A DNA stretch of 64,000 bases from an uncultured Verrucomicrobiae bacterium (GCA_963762565.1 CAVXLD010000001.1:224001-288000); one strand, 5' to 3'. Shown: positions 18,497-29,541, numbered from the stretch's first letter. A program made the numbers and translations. Notes: generated by a model from the sequence alone, not told the origin.

Positions 18497-19600
18497 TCAT
18501 ACGCTTACCAGCGTTAGGTTCGGGTCCGCATCTAGCGCCAGGTCTGTCGTGGCATTTCCTCTGAAGCGATGAACAGCTACGTATCCGATCATAGCGGCAT
18601 TGTCAGTGGTTAGTGCCGGCTGCGCCAGGAGTAAGCGTCTCCCAGTCTTCTCCGCGGCTTCCTTCATCCTATGCCGAAGCCGGGAATTGCAACTGACACC
18701 ACCACTAACCGTTATTAAGTCGACTCCAAGCTCGGCTGCTGCCGCCATCGTTTTCCGCACGAGGATATCCACTACCGCCTCTTGAAACGATGCGGCGACA
18801 TCGGCTGCATAGTCGCCTTTCAGCTTCGGCAAAAGGTATCGGACAGCAGTCTTGATCCCGCTAAAGCTGAAGTTGAAATCGTGGCTACCTACCATCGGTC
18901 GAGGCAAATCGTATCGCCTCGAATCGCCTCTGGGCGCGAGCACGTCAATCTGGGGACCTCCTGGGTAAGGCAATCCCAACAACTTGGCGACCTTATCAAA
19001 CGCTTCTCCGGCCGCATCGTCTACGGTTCCCCCCAGCACTTGGTATCGACCAACGCCATCCACCAAAACCAACAAAGTGTGGCCTCCGCTTACGACTAAT
19101 CCGACAGACCGCTCGGGACCGGATTCAGTCGCAAAGAACGGCGACAGAAGATGCGCCTCGAGATGATTTACACCGACAAAAGGTCTGTTCAAACCGATCG
19201 CCAGCCCCTTTCCAAACGAGTATCCAACGAGTAACGACGTCAGCAATCCCGGCCCCCGAGTCGCGGCCACACAATCAATCTGCTGCACCTGCACATTGGC
19301 CGTGGTCAATGCTTGGTTAACCAAGGGAGCGACCTTAGACAGGTGATTACGGGATGCGACTTCCGGCACAACTCCACCGAACTCGCGATGAATCAACGTT
19401 TGACTGGAAATGCAAGAGCTTAGAAGTCTGGCGCCCGCAAGCACGGCAGCCGCGGTCTCATCGCAGGAGGTCTCTATGGAGAGCACGACGGGACCGGCCA
19501 CTCCGTCTTCACCAAGCGGCTCGACTGAGCTCGCTGAAGTCCTTCCGCCTTCCTCGATAGTTTCTGAACTATTGCGGACAAGATGGCGCGACGAGCTCAC
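18497..19600 (-). CDS. tsaD: tRNA N6-threonylcarbamoyladenosine synthesis protein TsaD
   Basis: IETSCDET, GGVVPEVASRNH, HLEAH, SGGHT, DDAAGEAFDKVAK, TDNAAMI. Confidence 0.95.
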   Translation of the reverse strand: MSSSRHLVRNSSETIEEGGRTSASSVEPLGEDGVAGPVVLSIETSCDETAAAVLAGARLLSSCISSQTLIHREFGGVVPEVASRNHLSKVAPLVNQALTTANVQVQQIDCVAATRGPGLLTSLLVGYSFGKGLAIGLNRPFVGVNHLEAHLLSPFFATESGPERSVGLVVSGGHTLLVLVDGVGRYQVLGGTVDDAAGEAFDKVAKLLGLPYPGGPQIDVLAPRGDSRRYDLPRPMVGSHDFNFSFSGIKTAVRYLLPKLKGDYAADVAASFQEAVVDILVRKTMAAAAELGVDLITVSGGVSCNSRLRHRMKEAAEKTGRRLLLAQPALTTDNAAMIGYVAVHRFRGNATTDLALDADPNLTLVSV

Positions 19601-20892
19601 TTCTCTGACGGTTGGGGCTGAGCGCCGCCCTGCGTGTAGATCATGACGCTCTTCACCGCGTCGACTGCACGATCCAGTTGTGAGTCCCGTTGGCTGTTGA
19701 CAAATTTTTGATCTTCCGGTGACACAGGGCCGTCTCTCCGTCGCAGAAGAAGCGCCCTCTCCTGATCCAAGGTTAACGATGCTTTGATGTTGGGCGTTAC
19801 CCCATTTTGATGAATCACCTGGCGGCTAGGCGTATAATACCTAGCGGTGGTTAGACGGAGCGCGGAACCATCCGGCAATTGAATAACGCTTTGTACCGAT
19901 CCTTTCCCGAATGTGGTTTCTCCGACGAGAATAGCTCGATTGAGATCCTTTAATGCGCCGGCCACAATCTCAGCTCCACTTGCGCTCTGTCCATTCACCA
20001 GCACCGCCATTGGCATAGTCAGTCTAGGCTTCGCTTTTTGGTCAGTATAGTATTCGTGGCGTTGCGAGGCCTCGCGCCCCTGGGTATAAACCACCATGGT
20101 TTTGGGCGCCACGAATTGCCCGCAAACATCAACGGCACTGGTTAACAACCCGCCTGGATTAAAACGCAGATCCAAAATCAATGCCTGCATCCCTTGCCGC
20201 TGTAGATCATCCAGTTTCTGACTCAACTCTTGTGCCGTCGGCTCGTTGAATTGGGTGATTCTCAAATAACCGATCTTGAATTTGGTGCCCTCTGATTGAT
20301 CCAGGATCTTGGCATCCTTAACGCTCGTCACCTTGATGATCTCGCGTTGTAGGGTGAACTCTTTTGTTTCCTTAGTAGATGGCCGATAAATTGTAAGGGT
20401 TACTTTTTGTCCGGGGTCGCCTTTGAGCTGATTCAAAGCGTCCTGCAAGCTCATTCGGTCCGTAACACTTCCGTTGATACGAAGGATCTCGTCTCCAGGC
20501 ATGATACCGGCGCGCATGCTTGGGGTATCCTCCATCGGAGTAACCACCGTGATGACCCCGTCCTTAGTGGAAACCACGATACCCAAGCCGCCAAACTCGC
20601 TCTTGGTGTCATCCTCCATGTCCCTGTAATCGGCCGGTTCCATGAACTGGCTGTGGGGATCCAGGCTATTGAGCATGCCGTGCAACGCCGAGTAGGTCAG
20701 GCCACGGTAAGACGTCTTACTCTCGTCCACGTAATCCTGCCGCACCAATTGCAGGGCTCGGGTAAAGACCGTGAGATTAAAGTAGTCCGTGTTAGAATCG
20801 GCGGCTGCATTCCCGGTAAGGACCTTGAAGCCCACAGCCAGGTTGAACCCCACGAGCAGCGCGACCAATACCACGACCAATTTGCGCTTCAT
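19597..20892 (-). CDS. ctpA: Carboxyl-terminal processing protease (S41A)
   Basis: LDPHS, PDZ FGGLGI, DLRFNPGG, SASGAEI, TFGKGSVQ, TTARYYTP. Confidence 0.92.
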   Translation of the reverse strand: MKRKLVVVLVALLVGFNLAVGFKVLTGNAAADSNTDYFNLTVFTRALQLVRQDYVDESKTSYRGLTYSALHGMLNSLDPHSQFMEPADYRDMEDDTKSEFGGLGIVVSTKDGVITVVTPMEDTPSMRAGIMPGDEILRINGSVTDRMSLQDALNQLKGDPGQKVTLTIYRPSTKETKEFTLQREIIKVTSVKDAKILDQSEGTKFKIGYLRITQFNEPTAQELSQKLDDLQRQGMQALILDLRFNPGGLLTSAVDVCGQFVAPKTMVVYTQGREASQRHEYYTDQKAKPRLTMPMAVLVNGQSASGAEIVAGALKDLNRAILVGETTFGKGSVQSVIQLPDGSALRLTTARYYTPSRQVIHQNGVTPNIKASLTLDQERALLLRRRDGPVSPEDQKFVNSQRDSQLDRAVDAVKSVMIYTQGGAQPQPSEK

Positions 20893-20932
20893 GTAAGAGC
20901 GGAACGTAACACAGCATTACAAATAACCAAGC

Positions 20933-21180
20933 TGGTGGGGCGAGGCTCCGGAATAACCTGAAATGGCAAACGGAGAACTCGATTTAGTCTAAACCGAGAT
21001 CGCGCTTCGCCAATGGGCGCGCCGAGCCGATCCCAGCGTGTGGCAGCCGACGATCGGTCAGGGGGGGTGGAACATGCTGGGACCGGCTCGGCGCGTTTAG
21101 CGGCATCGCCCACGATAGATTGGCAAACATTGACGTCCTCCGCTCGAGCAAAGCGGCCGTTCGGGAGCCTCGCCCCACCA
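20933..21180. repeat. Family D element
   Basis: tggtggggcgaggctccggaa...gcgccgagccg...cggctcggcgc...ttcgggagcctcgccccacca. Confidence 0.88.
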
Positions 21181-21187
21181 ACGCCTC

Positions 21188-21613
21188 TCAGAACCGCTTC
21201 CGGTGCCGGACCAGCCTATTGCCCTTTTCGTTGACCAGCACTAGTTCGTCTTCGGTGAGACTTTCAATACGCTCTTCAACCTGATACTGCTGCACGGAAC
21301 CGGAATCGCTCCGATAAACCTCGCCCGAGGCGACCAGTTTCCCATCCTTGACATCCCACATCCCGGAAAAGCTCCAACGCGTCGTGCCTCCATCAGCGTG
21401 CATGATCTCATCCGCGGAATGCATCCCATCCCGATGGAAGCTGTTCTCGCCGTAGAATCGGTAGTTCCCCCCGGCTTCGTCAGTGACCCAAGTCCCAACC
21501 AACTTTTGGGTTAGTTCTTGATCGGTCGGAGCGGACTTGTGGCAGGCAACACCGCCGGCGACGAGCAGGCTGCTCGCCAAGACACCTCCTAGAATACGCC
21601 GTCGCCATCTCAT
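21188..21613 (-). CDS. Hypothetical lipoprotein
   Basis: MRWRRRILGG...GGVAC lipobox-like; KLVGTW motif; ORF-track extension upstream is repeat-derived. Confidence 0.65.
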   Translation of the reverse strand: MRWRRRILGGVLASSLLVAGGVACHKSAPTDQELTQKLVGTWVTDEAGGNYRFYGENSFHRDGMHSADEIMHADGGTTRWSFSGMWDVKDGKLVASGEVYRSDSGSVQQYQVEERIESLTEDELVLVNEKGNRLVRHRKRF

Positions 21614-21618
21614 TCCAT

Positions 21619-21714
21619 TTAATTTCACCACAGAGAGACAGAGGACACAAAAGCCAAAATTCGGTTTCCCTTAGGATGACCTTTGTGTCCCCTGTCTCTC
21701 TGTGGTGAAATTAA
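21619..21714. repeat. Family G palindrome (caccacagag...ctctgtggtg)
   Basis: ttaatttcaccacagagagacagaggacacaaa / tttgtgtcccctgtctctctgtggtgaaattaa; contains the clpX stop codon. Confidence 0.85.
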
Positions 21715-22979
21715 GCGGCGTCCTTGTCCTGCTTCCTGCGAATTAGAGGAGCTCGTTTGCCCTCAACCACGGCCCGATTGATCACCACGTCAGCGATGTC
21801 TTCCCGGCTCGGAACGTCGTACATAACGTCGAGCATGATTTTTTCGAACATGGAACGAAGCGCACGCGCCCCAGTTCCTTTGGTGGCCGCCTGTTGGGCC
21901 AACGCCCGGAGAGCGTCCTTAGTAACCACCAAGTTCACTCCCTCCATCGCCAATAGTTTGGTGTACTGCTTCACCATCGCGTTCCGCGTGTCGGTCAATA
22001 TCAGGATTAACTCTTCCTCGGTTAAGGTATCCAGCGCCGTCACAATCGGTAACCGGCCGATGAACTCCGGTATCATCCCGAAGGAGAGCAGATCTTCGGG
22101 TTCGGTATGCCGCAAGGTATCACGCAACTGGAGGTCTGAGGAACTGATTTGAGGCGAATGAAAACCGAGTACTCGGTTCCCTAACCGTCGATTAATCAGC
22201 CGGTCTAACCCCACAAAGGCTCCGCCGCAGATAAACAAAATCTTTTCCGTGTTAACCTGGATATACTCCTGGTGAGGATGCTTTCGTCCACCTTGAGGCG
22301 GGACATTGCAGCTGCTTCCTTCCAAAATCTTCAGAAGCGCCTGCTGGACGCCCTCACCGGAAACATCGCGGGTAATACTGACGTTATCGGTTTTACGGCC
22401 GATCTTATCTATTTCATCGATATAAACGATTCCAATCTCGGCTCGTTTAACGTCGTAGTCAGCATTCTGCAGGAGCCGCAAGATGATATTCTCGACGTCT
22501 TCCCCAACGTAACCGGCCTCGGTCAACGTCGTAGCATCAGCGATACAAAACGGCACATCCAGAATTCGGGCTAGTGTCCTGGCCAGGAGCGTCTTTCCGC
22601 ACCCAGTTGGCCCGATCATCAAAATATTGCTCTTTTCAATCTCGACGTCAGCGTATGGATCGAGGGATAGATCCTTGGTCGGGTTGGCGTTCAGAATCCG
22701 CTTGTAATGGTTGTGGACGGCCACGGAAAGGACCTTCTTGGCCGAATCCTGCCCAATCACATGCTGATCGAGTTCGCGCCTGATCTCGACTGGCTTCGGC
22801 ACACGCAGCGTTGTGGTCTGCCGTCGGGCGTCCTCGTTTAGCTCTTTATCGAGGATGCCTTTACAAACGTTGATACAATTATCGCAGATGTAGACACCCG
22901 GCCCGGCGATCAATTTGCGAACCTCTGCGTGGCTCTTTCCGCAGAAAGAACACATCGTCAGATTAGAGGCCCGGGCCAT
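21711..22979 (-). CDS. clpX: ATP-dependent Clp protease ATP-binding subunit
   Basis: CSFCGK zinc finger, [33 protein letters not shown]. Confidence 0.97.
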   Translation of the reverse strand: MARASNLTMCSFCGKSHAEVRKLIAGPGVYICDNCINVCKGILDKELNEDARRQTTTLRVPKPVEIRRELDQHVIGQDSAKKVLSVAVHNHYKRILNANPTKDLSLDPYADVEIEKSNILMIGPTGCGKTLLARTLARILDVPFCIADATTLTEAGYVGEDVENIILRLLQNADYDVKRAEIGIVYIDEIDKIGRKTDNVSITRDVSGEGVQQALLKILEGSSCNVPPQGGRKHPHQEYIQVNTEKILFICGGAFVGLDRLINRRLGNRVLGFHSPQISSSDLQLRDTLRHTEPEDLLSFGMIPEFIGRLPIVTALDTLTEEELILILTDTRNAMVKQYTKLLAMEGVNLVVTKDALRALAQQAATKGTGARALRSMFEKIMLDVMYDVPSREDIADVVINRAVVEGKRAPLIRRKQDKDAA

Positions 22980-23019
22980 ACGACTTACTAAACCGCTCTA
23001 CAAGATACCAAGAAACCTT

Positions 23020-23685
23020 TCACGAAGCCAGTACCCTATCACCATTTTGAGGGAGCGCCTCTGCCTTTACATCCTTACGCGACTTCACCACTTCGTCGAC
23101 CACGCCATAGATCCGCGCTTCTTCCGCCGACATCCAGTAGTCACGGTCGGAATCGATCCCGATCTGTTCCTCCGTTTTGCCGGTGTGCTGCGCAAGGATA
23201 TGGATCAGCCGTTTCTTGATCTTGAACATCCATTCCACGGTGCGTTCGACGTCACTTGCGGTACCCTGAGCGCCGCCGGAAACCTGGTGGATCATAATAT
23301 CCGAATTTGGCAACGCGTACCGCTTTCCGCGGGTCCCAGCAGCCAGCAACACTGCTCCCATACTCGCCGCTATGCCCACACAATAGGTCGCTACCTCGCA
23401 AGTGACGAACTGCATGGTATCATAAATCGCCATCCCCGCCGTGACCGAACCGCCGGGCGAATTGATGTACAGATTGATGTCCTTCTTCGGATCCGTCATC
23501 TGCAGAAAAAGCATTTGCGCCACGACCAAGTTGGCCACGTGATCATCGATCGCCGTCCCGATGAATACGATCCGATCGTTCAGCAGCCGGCTATAAATAT
23601 CGAGGCTTCGCTCTCCTCTTCCCGTCTGCTCGATCACCATCGGAACCAGGTATGAGCTTGGCTTTGAATAGTTTGATTTCGACAT
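23020..23685 (-). CDS. clpP: ATP-dependent Clp protease proteolytic subunit
   Basis: [26 protein letters not shown]. Confidence 0.97.
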   Translation of the reverse strand: MSKSNYSKPSSYLVPMVIEQTGRGERSLDIYSRLLNDRIVFIGTAIDDHVANLVVAQMLFLQMTDPKKDINLYINSPGGSVTAGMAIYDTMQFVTCEVATYCVGIAASMGAVLLAAGTRGKRYALPNSDIMIHQVSGGAQGTASDVERTVEWMFKIKKRLIHILAQHTGKTEEQIGIDSDRDYWMSAEEARIYGVVDEVVKSRKDVKAEALPQNGDRVLAS

Positions 23686-23702
23686 GAATAAATCGGCCCG
23701 GA

Positions 23703-25031
23703 TTATCGGTTTAGTTGAGGCTCCGAACTCGTTTCGACGTTAGCATTCGAGGTTAGGAAATCAAGGACCTTGCCGACCTGGATCTCGTCGATCAGCTGGG
23801 GAATTGCTCCTCTTTTATCCAACTCCGACATGGCTTTCTCGTAAGACATCCCATGTTGCGCCGCCAGCGATTCCACCCGGCGCTTCAATTCCGGCCCGCT
23901 CACCTCGATTTTCTCGGCTTCACCAATCCGGGTGAGGATAAAGCTGGCCTTCAGCCGGTCTTTTGCACTGCGAGACGCCACGTTCATGATCTCCTTCCCG
24001 CTCTCTCTCAAGGCATCTTCGCTGACGCCTCTCAATTGGTTTTGCTCCACAATCTCGGACATGATTCGCCGGGTCTCATCTTTGACGTAGCTCTGGGGTA
24101 GCTCGCATTCGACCCGTTGAGTCAGAAAATCCACAATCTGGTTGCGCTTGGCTCTCTCAATTTCTTCTGTCTTTTGCTCGGTAAGCCTGTCCCGGAGTTG
24201 AGCACGCAGCTGGTCTAAAGCCAGCCCAGGGGCAACCTGCGCAGCAAACTCGTCATTCAATTCCGGCAACTCCATCCGCTTCAACGCCTTCAATTCCACC
24301 TGGAAGTGGATCACGCGGCCCTGCAGGGGCTTGACCGGAAAATCATCCGGCGGACTGAGATCAAATTCGCGCCGTTCTCCGATTTGCATCCCCAGAACCG
24401 CGGCGCCAAAACCAGGTAATAAGCTGTCTTCCTGGAGTTTAATCCAGAAATCTTTCCCGTTGGCCAGCCGTTTAGGAGCATCCGGAATCGCTTCCAAGAG
24501 CGGTTGGCCATCGACCGTAGTTTCGAAATCGATTACCCCAAAACCGCCCATTTCCAATGCACCATCGGATTGCTCGGTAAACGTAGCGTGCCGCTCCCGG
24601 AGCCGCTCTAGAGCGGTTTCAACTTCCGGATCTGACACTTGGAGCGGTGGTACCTTCACCGGAATCCCTTTGTATGCAGGAAGCTCAAACTCTGGCGAGG
24701 TAACTACGGTCGCCGTGAAACGCATGCTGCGTTCCGGGGTAAATTCAACATCTTCAACGTTCGATACGGATAAAACTCGTAGGCCTTTTTCCCGAATCGC
24801 TTCTTTGGTCGATTCGTTGACCAGTTTTCGCGTTAACTCTTCTTGGATTTCTTTGCGAAACTTTGATTCAACCACGTGCTGAGGCGCTTTCCCGGGGCGG
24901 AAGCCGCGTATCCGAGCGACCTGTTGGAACCCTTTTACCACGTCGTTCCATTCTTTGGTTACGCGTTCTGGGGGCAATTCGACCCTCAATGACGCCAAAC
25001 AATTCGGTAAATTCTCAACTTCTACGTTCAT
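23703..25031 (-). CDS. tig: Trigger factor
   Basis: GFRPGKAP ribosome-binding motif, LPELNDEFA; tig-clpP-clpX synteny. Confidence 0.95.
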   Translation of the reverse strand: MNVEVENLPNCLASLRVELPPERVTKEWNDVVKGFQQVARIRGFRPGKAPQHVVESKFRKEIQEELTRKLVNESTKEAIREKGLRVLSVSNVEDVEFTPERSMRFTATVVTSPEFELPAYKGIPVKVPPLQVSDPEVETALERLRERHATFTEQSDGALEMGGFGVIDFETTVDGQPLLEAIPDAPKRLANGKDFWIKLQEDSLLPGFGAAVLGMQIGERREFDLSPPDDFPVKPLQGRVIHFQVELKALKRMELPELNDEFAAQVAPGLALDQLRAQLRDRLTEQKTEEIERAKRNQIVDFLTQRVECELPQSYVKDETRRIMSEIVEQNQLRGVSEDALRESGKEIMNVASRSAKDRLKASFILTRIGEAEKIEVSGPELKRRVESLAAQHGMSYEKAMSELDKRGAIPQLIDEIQVGKVLDFLTSNANVETSSEPQLNR

Positions 25032-25080
25032 GGAAACTTAGCGAACGCCAAGCCTAGACCTGATCCCGTATCGGGGCAAG

Positions 25081-25275
25081 AGGGCGAATAGGCGAAACGG
25101 CGAGTGGGTCAATGGGCGAAAAGGCGACAACGCGTCAGAATCATCTCTGAACGCTATGGCAGAAAACTCGACGGTCTCGCGACACGAGTTGCTGTTTCAG
25201 ACAAACGCAGCGGTTTTGAGCCGTTCCGCGGGCACCCTCGCCGTATCGCCCTTTTCGCCCACTCGCCGTTTCGCT
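25081..25275. repeat. Inverted octamer arrays (nnggcgaa / ttcgccnn)
   Basis: gggcgaataggcgaaacggcgagtgggtcaatgggcgaaaaggcga ... tcgccgtatcgcccttttcgcccactcgccgtttcgc. Confidence 0.75.
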
Positions 25276-25292
25276 CCCGCGTCCGGAAACGT

Positions 25293-26564
25293 TCACAATC
25301 CACTTTCCGCAACCCAGCGGTGCATCTCACCCTCTGCGACTGGACCAACCACTGCCAGACCCATACGGGTGGGATCAAAACAAAGACGCGCAACCGATTG
25401 GATCGCTTCCGGAGTGACTTCTTTGACTTTCGCCTGGACCTCTTCCGGATGAATCACGTGCTCGTAAGCGATGATCGATTCCCCCATCCACATGATCTGA
25501 TTAGTGGTGCTCTCCAAGCTAAGTTCGTTTTGGCCGATCGTGTATTCCTGCGCCTGGTGAAGCTCTTTCTCGGTCGGCGGCTCCTCACAGACTCTCTCCA
25601 ATTCGTGCCGGATCGCTCGCAAGGCGCTCTTTAATTTGCCCGGTTCCAATCCGACGCAAATGCTCATCAATCCTGAATCTTCGAGCACCAACGTTCCACT
25701 ATGGACAGAGTAACAGTAAGCGTAACGCTCCCTGAGCTGTTGGAACAGGCGGGAACTCATATTTTCGCCCAGGATGACGCTGAGGATCTTCAGAGCGTGG
25801 CGCCGGTCATCGTTGCGATCGATGGCATGATAACCCAACGCTAAATGGGTCTGTTCTGTTCCTTCCTTGGCTACCGCCATCCGGTCCTTAACTTTGGTTC
25901 CTTTCCAGCGATCAAATTCGGGCGGAGTCCCAGCTGGCAGGTCCGCCATCGTTGATTCGAATTTGCTGACGACCTCGTTATGGCGGCAACATCCCCCAAC
26001 CGTGATGACCGTGGTACAGCCGTTATAATTCCGCTCCATATATTGAACCAGATCGGGCCGCCGGATGCGGCCGATTGATTCCAGCGAACCGGTCAACGGC
26101 CGGCCCAGAGCGTGACGCGGCCACATCACTCCGCTTAACAACTCTTGCGAGAGCTGGGAGGGTTGATCCCGATACATCAAAATCTCTTCGCGAATAACGT
26201 CGCGTTCTCGCTCGATCTCGACGTCCGCCAGCAACGAGTTGCGAAACATGTCGGTCAGCACATCCGCCAGGATATTGAAGTAATGAGCTGCCGCTTTTGC
26301 ATAAAAGCAGGTGTGATCTTCGGTCGTGAAGGCGTTGATAAATCCGCCCACTCCTTCTACCTCCTCAGTCAACCGTTGAGCATTCCTCGTTTTGGTCCCC
26401 TTAAATAGAAGATGCTCAAGAAAGTGGGAGATGCCGCAGTGTTCCTCAGGCTCGTGACGACCGCCCACTGCAACCCAGATACCTACGCTGACGCTCTTCA
26501 TGTGAGGCATCTCGCAGGTCGCTACCCTAATTCCATTCCTGAGCTTTGTTGTCTGATATATCAT
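25293..26564 (-). CDS. M16 (pitrilysin) family zinc peptidase
   Basis: HFLEH inverted zinc motif, NAFT, MSSRLFQ. Confidence 0.92.
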   Translation of the reverse strand: MIYQTTKLRNGIRVATCEMPHMKSVSVGIWVAVGGRHEPEEHCGISHFLEHLLFKGTKTRNAQRLTEEVEGVGGFINAFTTEDHTCFYAKAAAHYFNILADVLTDMFRNSLLADVEIERERDVIREEILMYRDQPSQLSQELLSGVMWPRHALGRPLTGSLESIGRIRRPDLVQYMERNYNGCTTVITVGGCCRHNEVVSKFESTMADLPAGTPPEFDRWKGTKVKDRMAVAKEGTEQTHLALGYHAIDRNDDRRHALKILSVILGENMSSRLFQQLRERYAYCYSVHSGTLVLEDSGLMSICVGLEPGKLKSALRAIRHELERVCEEPPTEKELHQAQEYTIGQNELSLESTTNQIMWMGESIIAYEHVIHPEEVQAKVKEVTPEAIQSVARLCFDPTRMGLAVVGPVAEGEMHRWVAESGL

Positions 26565-26607
26565 TGCTTAGATCTTCAGATAGTCAGACGTAAAAATCTG
26601 CGGCGCA

Positions 26608-27306
26608 TCATGTTCCAGTCGCTACTTTGTCTGTCTCCAGCTTGAATAAGCTGCGAGCTAATTCCAAATCACTCGGATAGGTCACCTTTAAATTCCAATC
26701 TCCGCTCTGCATCAGGCGCACCGGAAATCCGGCCATTTCTGCCGCCGACGTCTCGTCCGTAACCGTCATCCCGCGAGCAAGCACCAACTCGTACGCGGCA
26801 AATAACCAATCCCGTCTGAAGATTTGTGGCGTTTGCATCGTCCACAGACCCGAGCGGTCAATACTACCGACTACCAAACCATCACTATCAACTTTTTTCA
26901 ACGTCTCGACGACAGGAGCCGCCAATGCAACAGCTCCACATTTAGTTGCGAGCAGCATCGCGTTCGAGATTGTCGAACTCGAAACCAAGGGCCTGGCGCC
27001 ATCGTGCACAGCGACAAGTTCAACATCCTCGCTCAGCGCCCCTAAACCTTGCCAGACCGATAAATGCCGGTTCGCACCGCCGGTCACAACAGCCGCTACT
27101 TTCTTCAGCGCATATTCCCCGACCAGGTTGCCAAACTGCTTGATGCGTTCTTCGTTCGCAACCAAGACGATCTCATCCACTTCCGGGCAGTTTTCAAAGC
27201 GCTCCAGGGTCCTGATAAATAAAGGTCTACCATCCAAGTCCGCAGTAAGCTTGTCGAACCCCATTCGTTGACTATTGCCCGCGGCCACTACAATCGCTGC
27301 TCTCAT
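26608..27306 (-). CDS. ispD: 2-C-methyl-D-erythritol 4-phosphate cytidylyltransferase
   Basis: VAAGNSQRMG, VHDGARP, QTPQIF, TDE, NLKVTYPSDL. Confidence 0.93.
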   Translation of the reverse strand: MRAAIVVAAGNSQRMGFDKLTADLDGRPLFIRTLERFENCPEVDEIVLVANEERIKQFGNLVGEYALKKVAAVVTGGANRHLSVWQGLGALSEDVELVAVHDGARPLVSSSTISNAMLLATKCGAVALAAPVVETLKKVDSDGLVVGSIDRSGLWTMQTPQIFRRDWLFAAYELVLARGMTVTDETSAAEMAGFPVRLMQSGDWNLKVTYPSDLELARSLFKLETDKVATGT

Positions 27307-27498
27307 TAAAAAAGGCCAGAGTCGCATTTAACCGAGGCCAATCGGCTATAGAAGCCGATCCGCTACGAAATAACAAGTGAAAAGGCGGGGCGAGTTTGCG
27401 GTTCAATATCAGCGGCTCCGATCACGGCGCAGAGAAAGTCATGGCTTAGCGGTATCCCACTGAATGGAACCTATGGGACTCATGAGCGGCGCCTCAGC

Positions 27499-27541
27499 GC
27501 AAGCCCGAAACCGCCAACGGCTAACGGCAAACCGTGAACCC
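27499..27541. repeat. Heptamer tandem (aacggc/aaccgy type)
   Basis: aagcccg aaaccgc caacggc taacggc aaaccgt gaacccg, abutting the yqeY stop. Confidence 0.55.
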
Positions 27542-27542
27542 G

Positions 27543-27995
27543 TCAGGGGAGAGCTTCCCGAACAGATTGGCTCAGCGTCTTACCGTCGACTCGACCGGCG
27601 GCCTTCTCCGTCGCAATTTTCATCACTTGACCCAGCTGAGCCTTTGAGGTGGCGTTGGCTTCGGTTATCGCTTCGCGAACCAGCGCCTTTATTTCCTCCT
27701 CTGACAAGGGCTTAGGAAGATATTGGTTGAGGATCTGCATCTCGCGCCTCTCTTTCTCAGCCAGCTCAGGCCGGCCACCCTTTTCAAAACCAGCAATAGA
27801 GTCCTCCCTCTGCTTGACCTGTTTACGGATAACGATCAGGGTTTCCGGGTCCGCCAGCTTTCCGCCGGCTCCGTATTTCTCAATGGTGGCATTCATCAAT
27901 GCCGATTTCGCCATCCGCAAAACAGAGAGACGTTCCGCCTCTCTAGCCCGCATCGCTTCTTTAAGATCAGCCTCGATCTGGTCTTGGATCGTCAT
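27543..27995 (-). CDS. yqeY: GatB/YqeY domain protein
   Basis: DLKEAMRA...KQVKQREDSI...YLPKPLS...GQVMK. Confidence 0.9.
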   Translation of the reverse strand: MTIQDQIEADLKEAMRAREAERLSVLRMAKSALMNATIEKYGAGGKLADPETLIVIRKQVKQREDSIAGFEKGGRPELAEKERREMQILNQYLPKPLSEEEIKALVREAITEANATSKAQLGQVMKIATEKAAGRVDGKTLSQSVREALP

Positions 27996-28013
27996 GGGAA
28001 AACCTAGAATAAG

Positions 28014-28160
28014 AAACGAGCGAGAACGAGCGGAAACGAACGAGAAAGTTCGGAAGCGAGGATTGGCGGGGCGAGGCTCCCGCAGGACCCTGCGCGACGC
28101 CAGGGTTTAAGGCAATTCGATTCCGGATGTAATGTTAGGCCGAAACAAGCGCCGAGCCGC
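28014..28160. repeat. 10-mer tandem (aacgagcgag type) followed by a half family D element
   Basis: aaacgagcgagaacgagcggaaacgaacgaga; tggcggggcgaggctcccg...gcgccgagccg without a right half. Confidence 0.6.
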
Positions 28161-28204
28161 TCGTTTCTCCTGGCTGAAAGCCGAAATTCGGGCAATATAG
28201 GCGA

Positions 28205-29119
28205 ATGCGTTTGCGCGTGGCCGTAGCTGTACTGGGTTTCTGTTTTATTCAGGCTTTCTCGGCAACTGCATCGCTTCCTTTCAGCACCGTTTTCAAAGGC
28301 GAACCAATTTTTGATTTATTGGTGCGCAGAGCCGAGCAAGAAGGCTGGCGTTCGCGACCATTGGGTGAGCGAATGGTTTTGGTCGGGAAAGCTTTACTGG
28401 GCACGCCATACCGCAGCTTTACCTTGGAAATTGACGATCACATCGAAGCACCTTCGGTCGATTTCCTCGGCATGGATTGTTGGACCTTTTACGAGATCGC
28501 TCTCGCATTCTCCAGAATGCTCGAATTGAAATCGAGTGCGTACAGTCCCCAGGATCTCTTGTCCATCATCGAGCTGGATCGTTACCGAGGTGGACACTGC
28601 AATGGTCTCTACACCTCGCGTTTGCACTTTCTTGAGGACTGGATTTACGACAATCAGAGGCGCGGTTTGGTCCAGAATATGACCGTCAGTCTAGGCGGGG
28701 TTCCGATGCGCGGCCGCTATCTCAACGAGATGAGCAAGTATTGGCGTAGCTCGCGGTATTTGCGGAACAATCCCAATCTGATTCCGGTGATCCGCAACAT
28801 GGAAGAAACCGTAGCCTCTCGCCCGATTTACCATATCCCGAGAGACCGGGTCGCCGCCATCGAGCCTAAGATTCGAAGCGGTGACATCATCTGCATCACC
28901 GGCCGGGGACCCGAAGGATTTACCGAGCACGTCGGGATTGCTTATCGAGACGGCGTCGGCGTTCTGCATTTCATGCATGCGTCCAAGGACGAACACCAGG
29001 TCATGATTGATGTCGCTCTGCATCAATACGTCTACCGGTATCGTAAATTCGCCGGCATCATGGTAGTGCGGCCCGTTGATTTATCGCCGGGCGAGGAGTC
29101 GCATGTCGCAGCCAACTAG
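28205..29119 (+). CDS. DUF1460 / N-acetylmuramoyl-L-alanine amidase-like protein (NlpC/P60 superfamily)
   Basis: LGTPY, DCWTFYE, SRLHFLEDW, SGDII, HVGIA, HAS motifs; signal peptide. Confidence 0.8.
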   Translation: MRLRVAVAVLGFCFIQAFSATASLPFSTVFKGEPIFDLLVRRAEQEGWRSRPLGERMVLVGKALLGTPYRSFTLEIDDHIEAPSVDFLGMDCWTFYEIALAFSRMLELKSSAYSPQDLLSIIELDRYRGGHCNGLYTSRLHFLEDWIYDNQRRGLVQNMTVSLGGVPMRGRYLNEMSKYWRSSRYLRNNPNLIPVIRNMEETVASRPIYHIPRDRVAAIEPKIRSGDIICITGRGPEGFTEHVGIAYRDGVGVLHFMHASKDEHQVMIDVALHQYVYRYRKFAGIMVVRPVDLSPGEESHVAAN

Positions 29120-29168
29120 TCTGGTGGTTATCCATTCGTGGTTCGTAAACGGCCAGAGGTGGTCCGGC

Positions 29169-29485
29169 AGTAAGCGGTAAGCAGTAAGCAGTGGTCAGTA
29201 CTACGAGCTAAAATCCAGGAGCTAGGAGGGCCGACGGCTGTGGAGCGTGCCTCGCTTGCGAGTCCGTGGTGAGCAAGGCTCATTACGTGACATCCCCATC
29301 GTCGGCGTACGCTCTTTTGTCTGAAGAGGCAAACCTTGCGATACAGAGCGCTGACCGACATAGGGCATGTGTCGTGGTTCACCCTTGCTCTCCAACGGCC
29401 TCGCAAGCGAGGCACGCTCCACGGCCGTCGCCCCTCCTAGCTCCTAAATTCTAGCTCCTAGCTCCTAAACTGCTTACTGCTTACT
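29169..29485. repeat. Nested palindrome: family E doublet (29240-29422) inside two layers of inverted heptamer arrays
   Basis: (agtaagc)n ... (aggagct)n [E doublet] (agctcct)n ... (gcttact)n. Confidence 0.88.
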
Positions 29486-29541
29486 TTCGCGCCATCACCC
29501 AAACGCTCGCTAACGCTCGATTTATGGGCCATACTCCCCCC

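Noticed and set aside
22915..23655. 246-aa + strand ORF over clpP
   Set aside because: Antisense to a highly conserved gene, with no recognisable motifs
25032..25292. tRNA gene upstream of tig (a common arrangement)
   Set aside because: No cloverleaf, T-loop consensus or CCA end recognisable; the region is an octamer inverted array
27543..27562. End of yqeY resembling a family D arm (ggggagagcttcccgaa)
   Set aside because: Several mismatches and no partner blocks; likely chance
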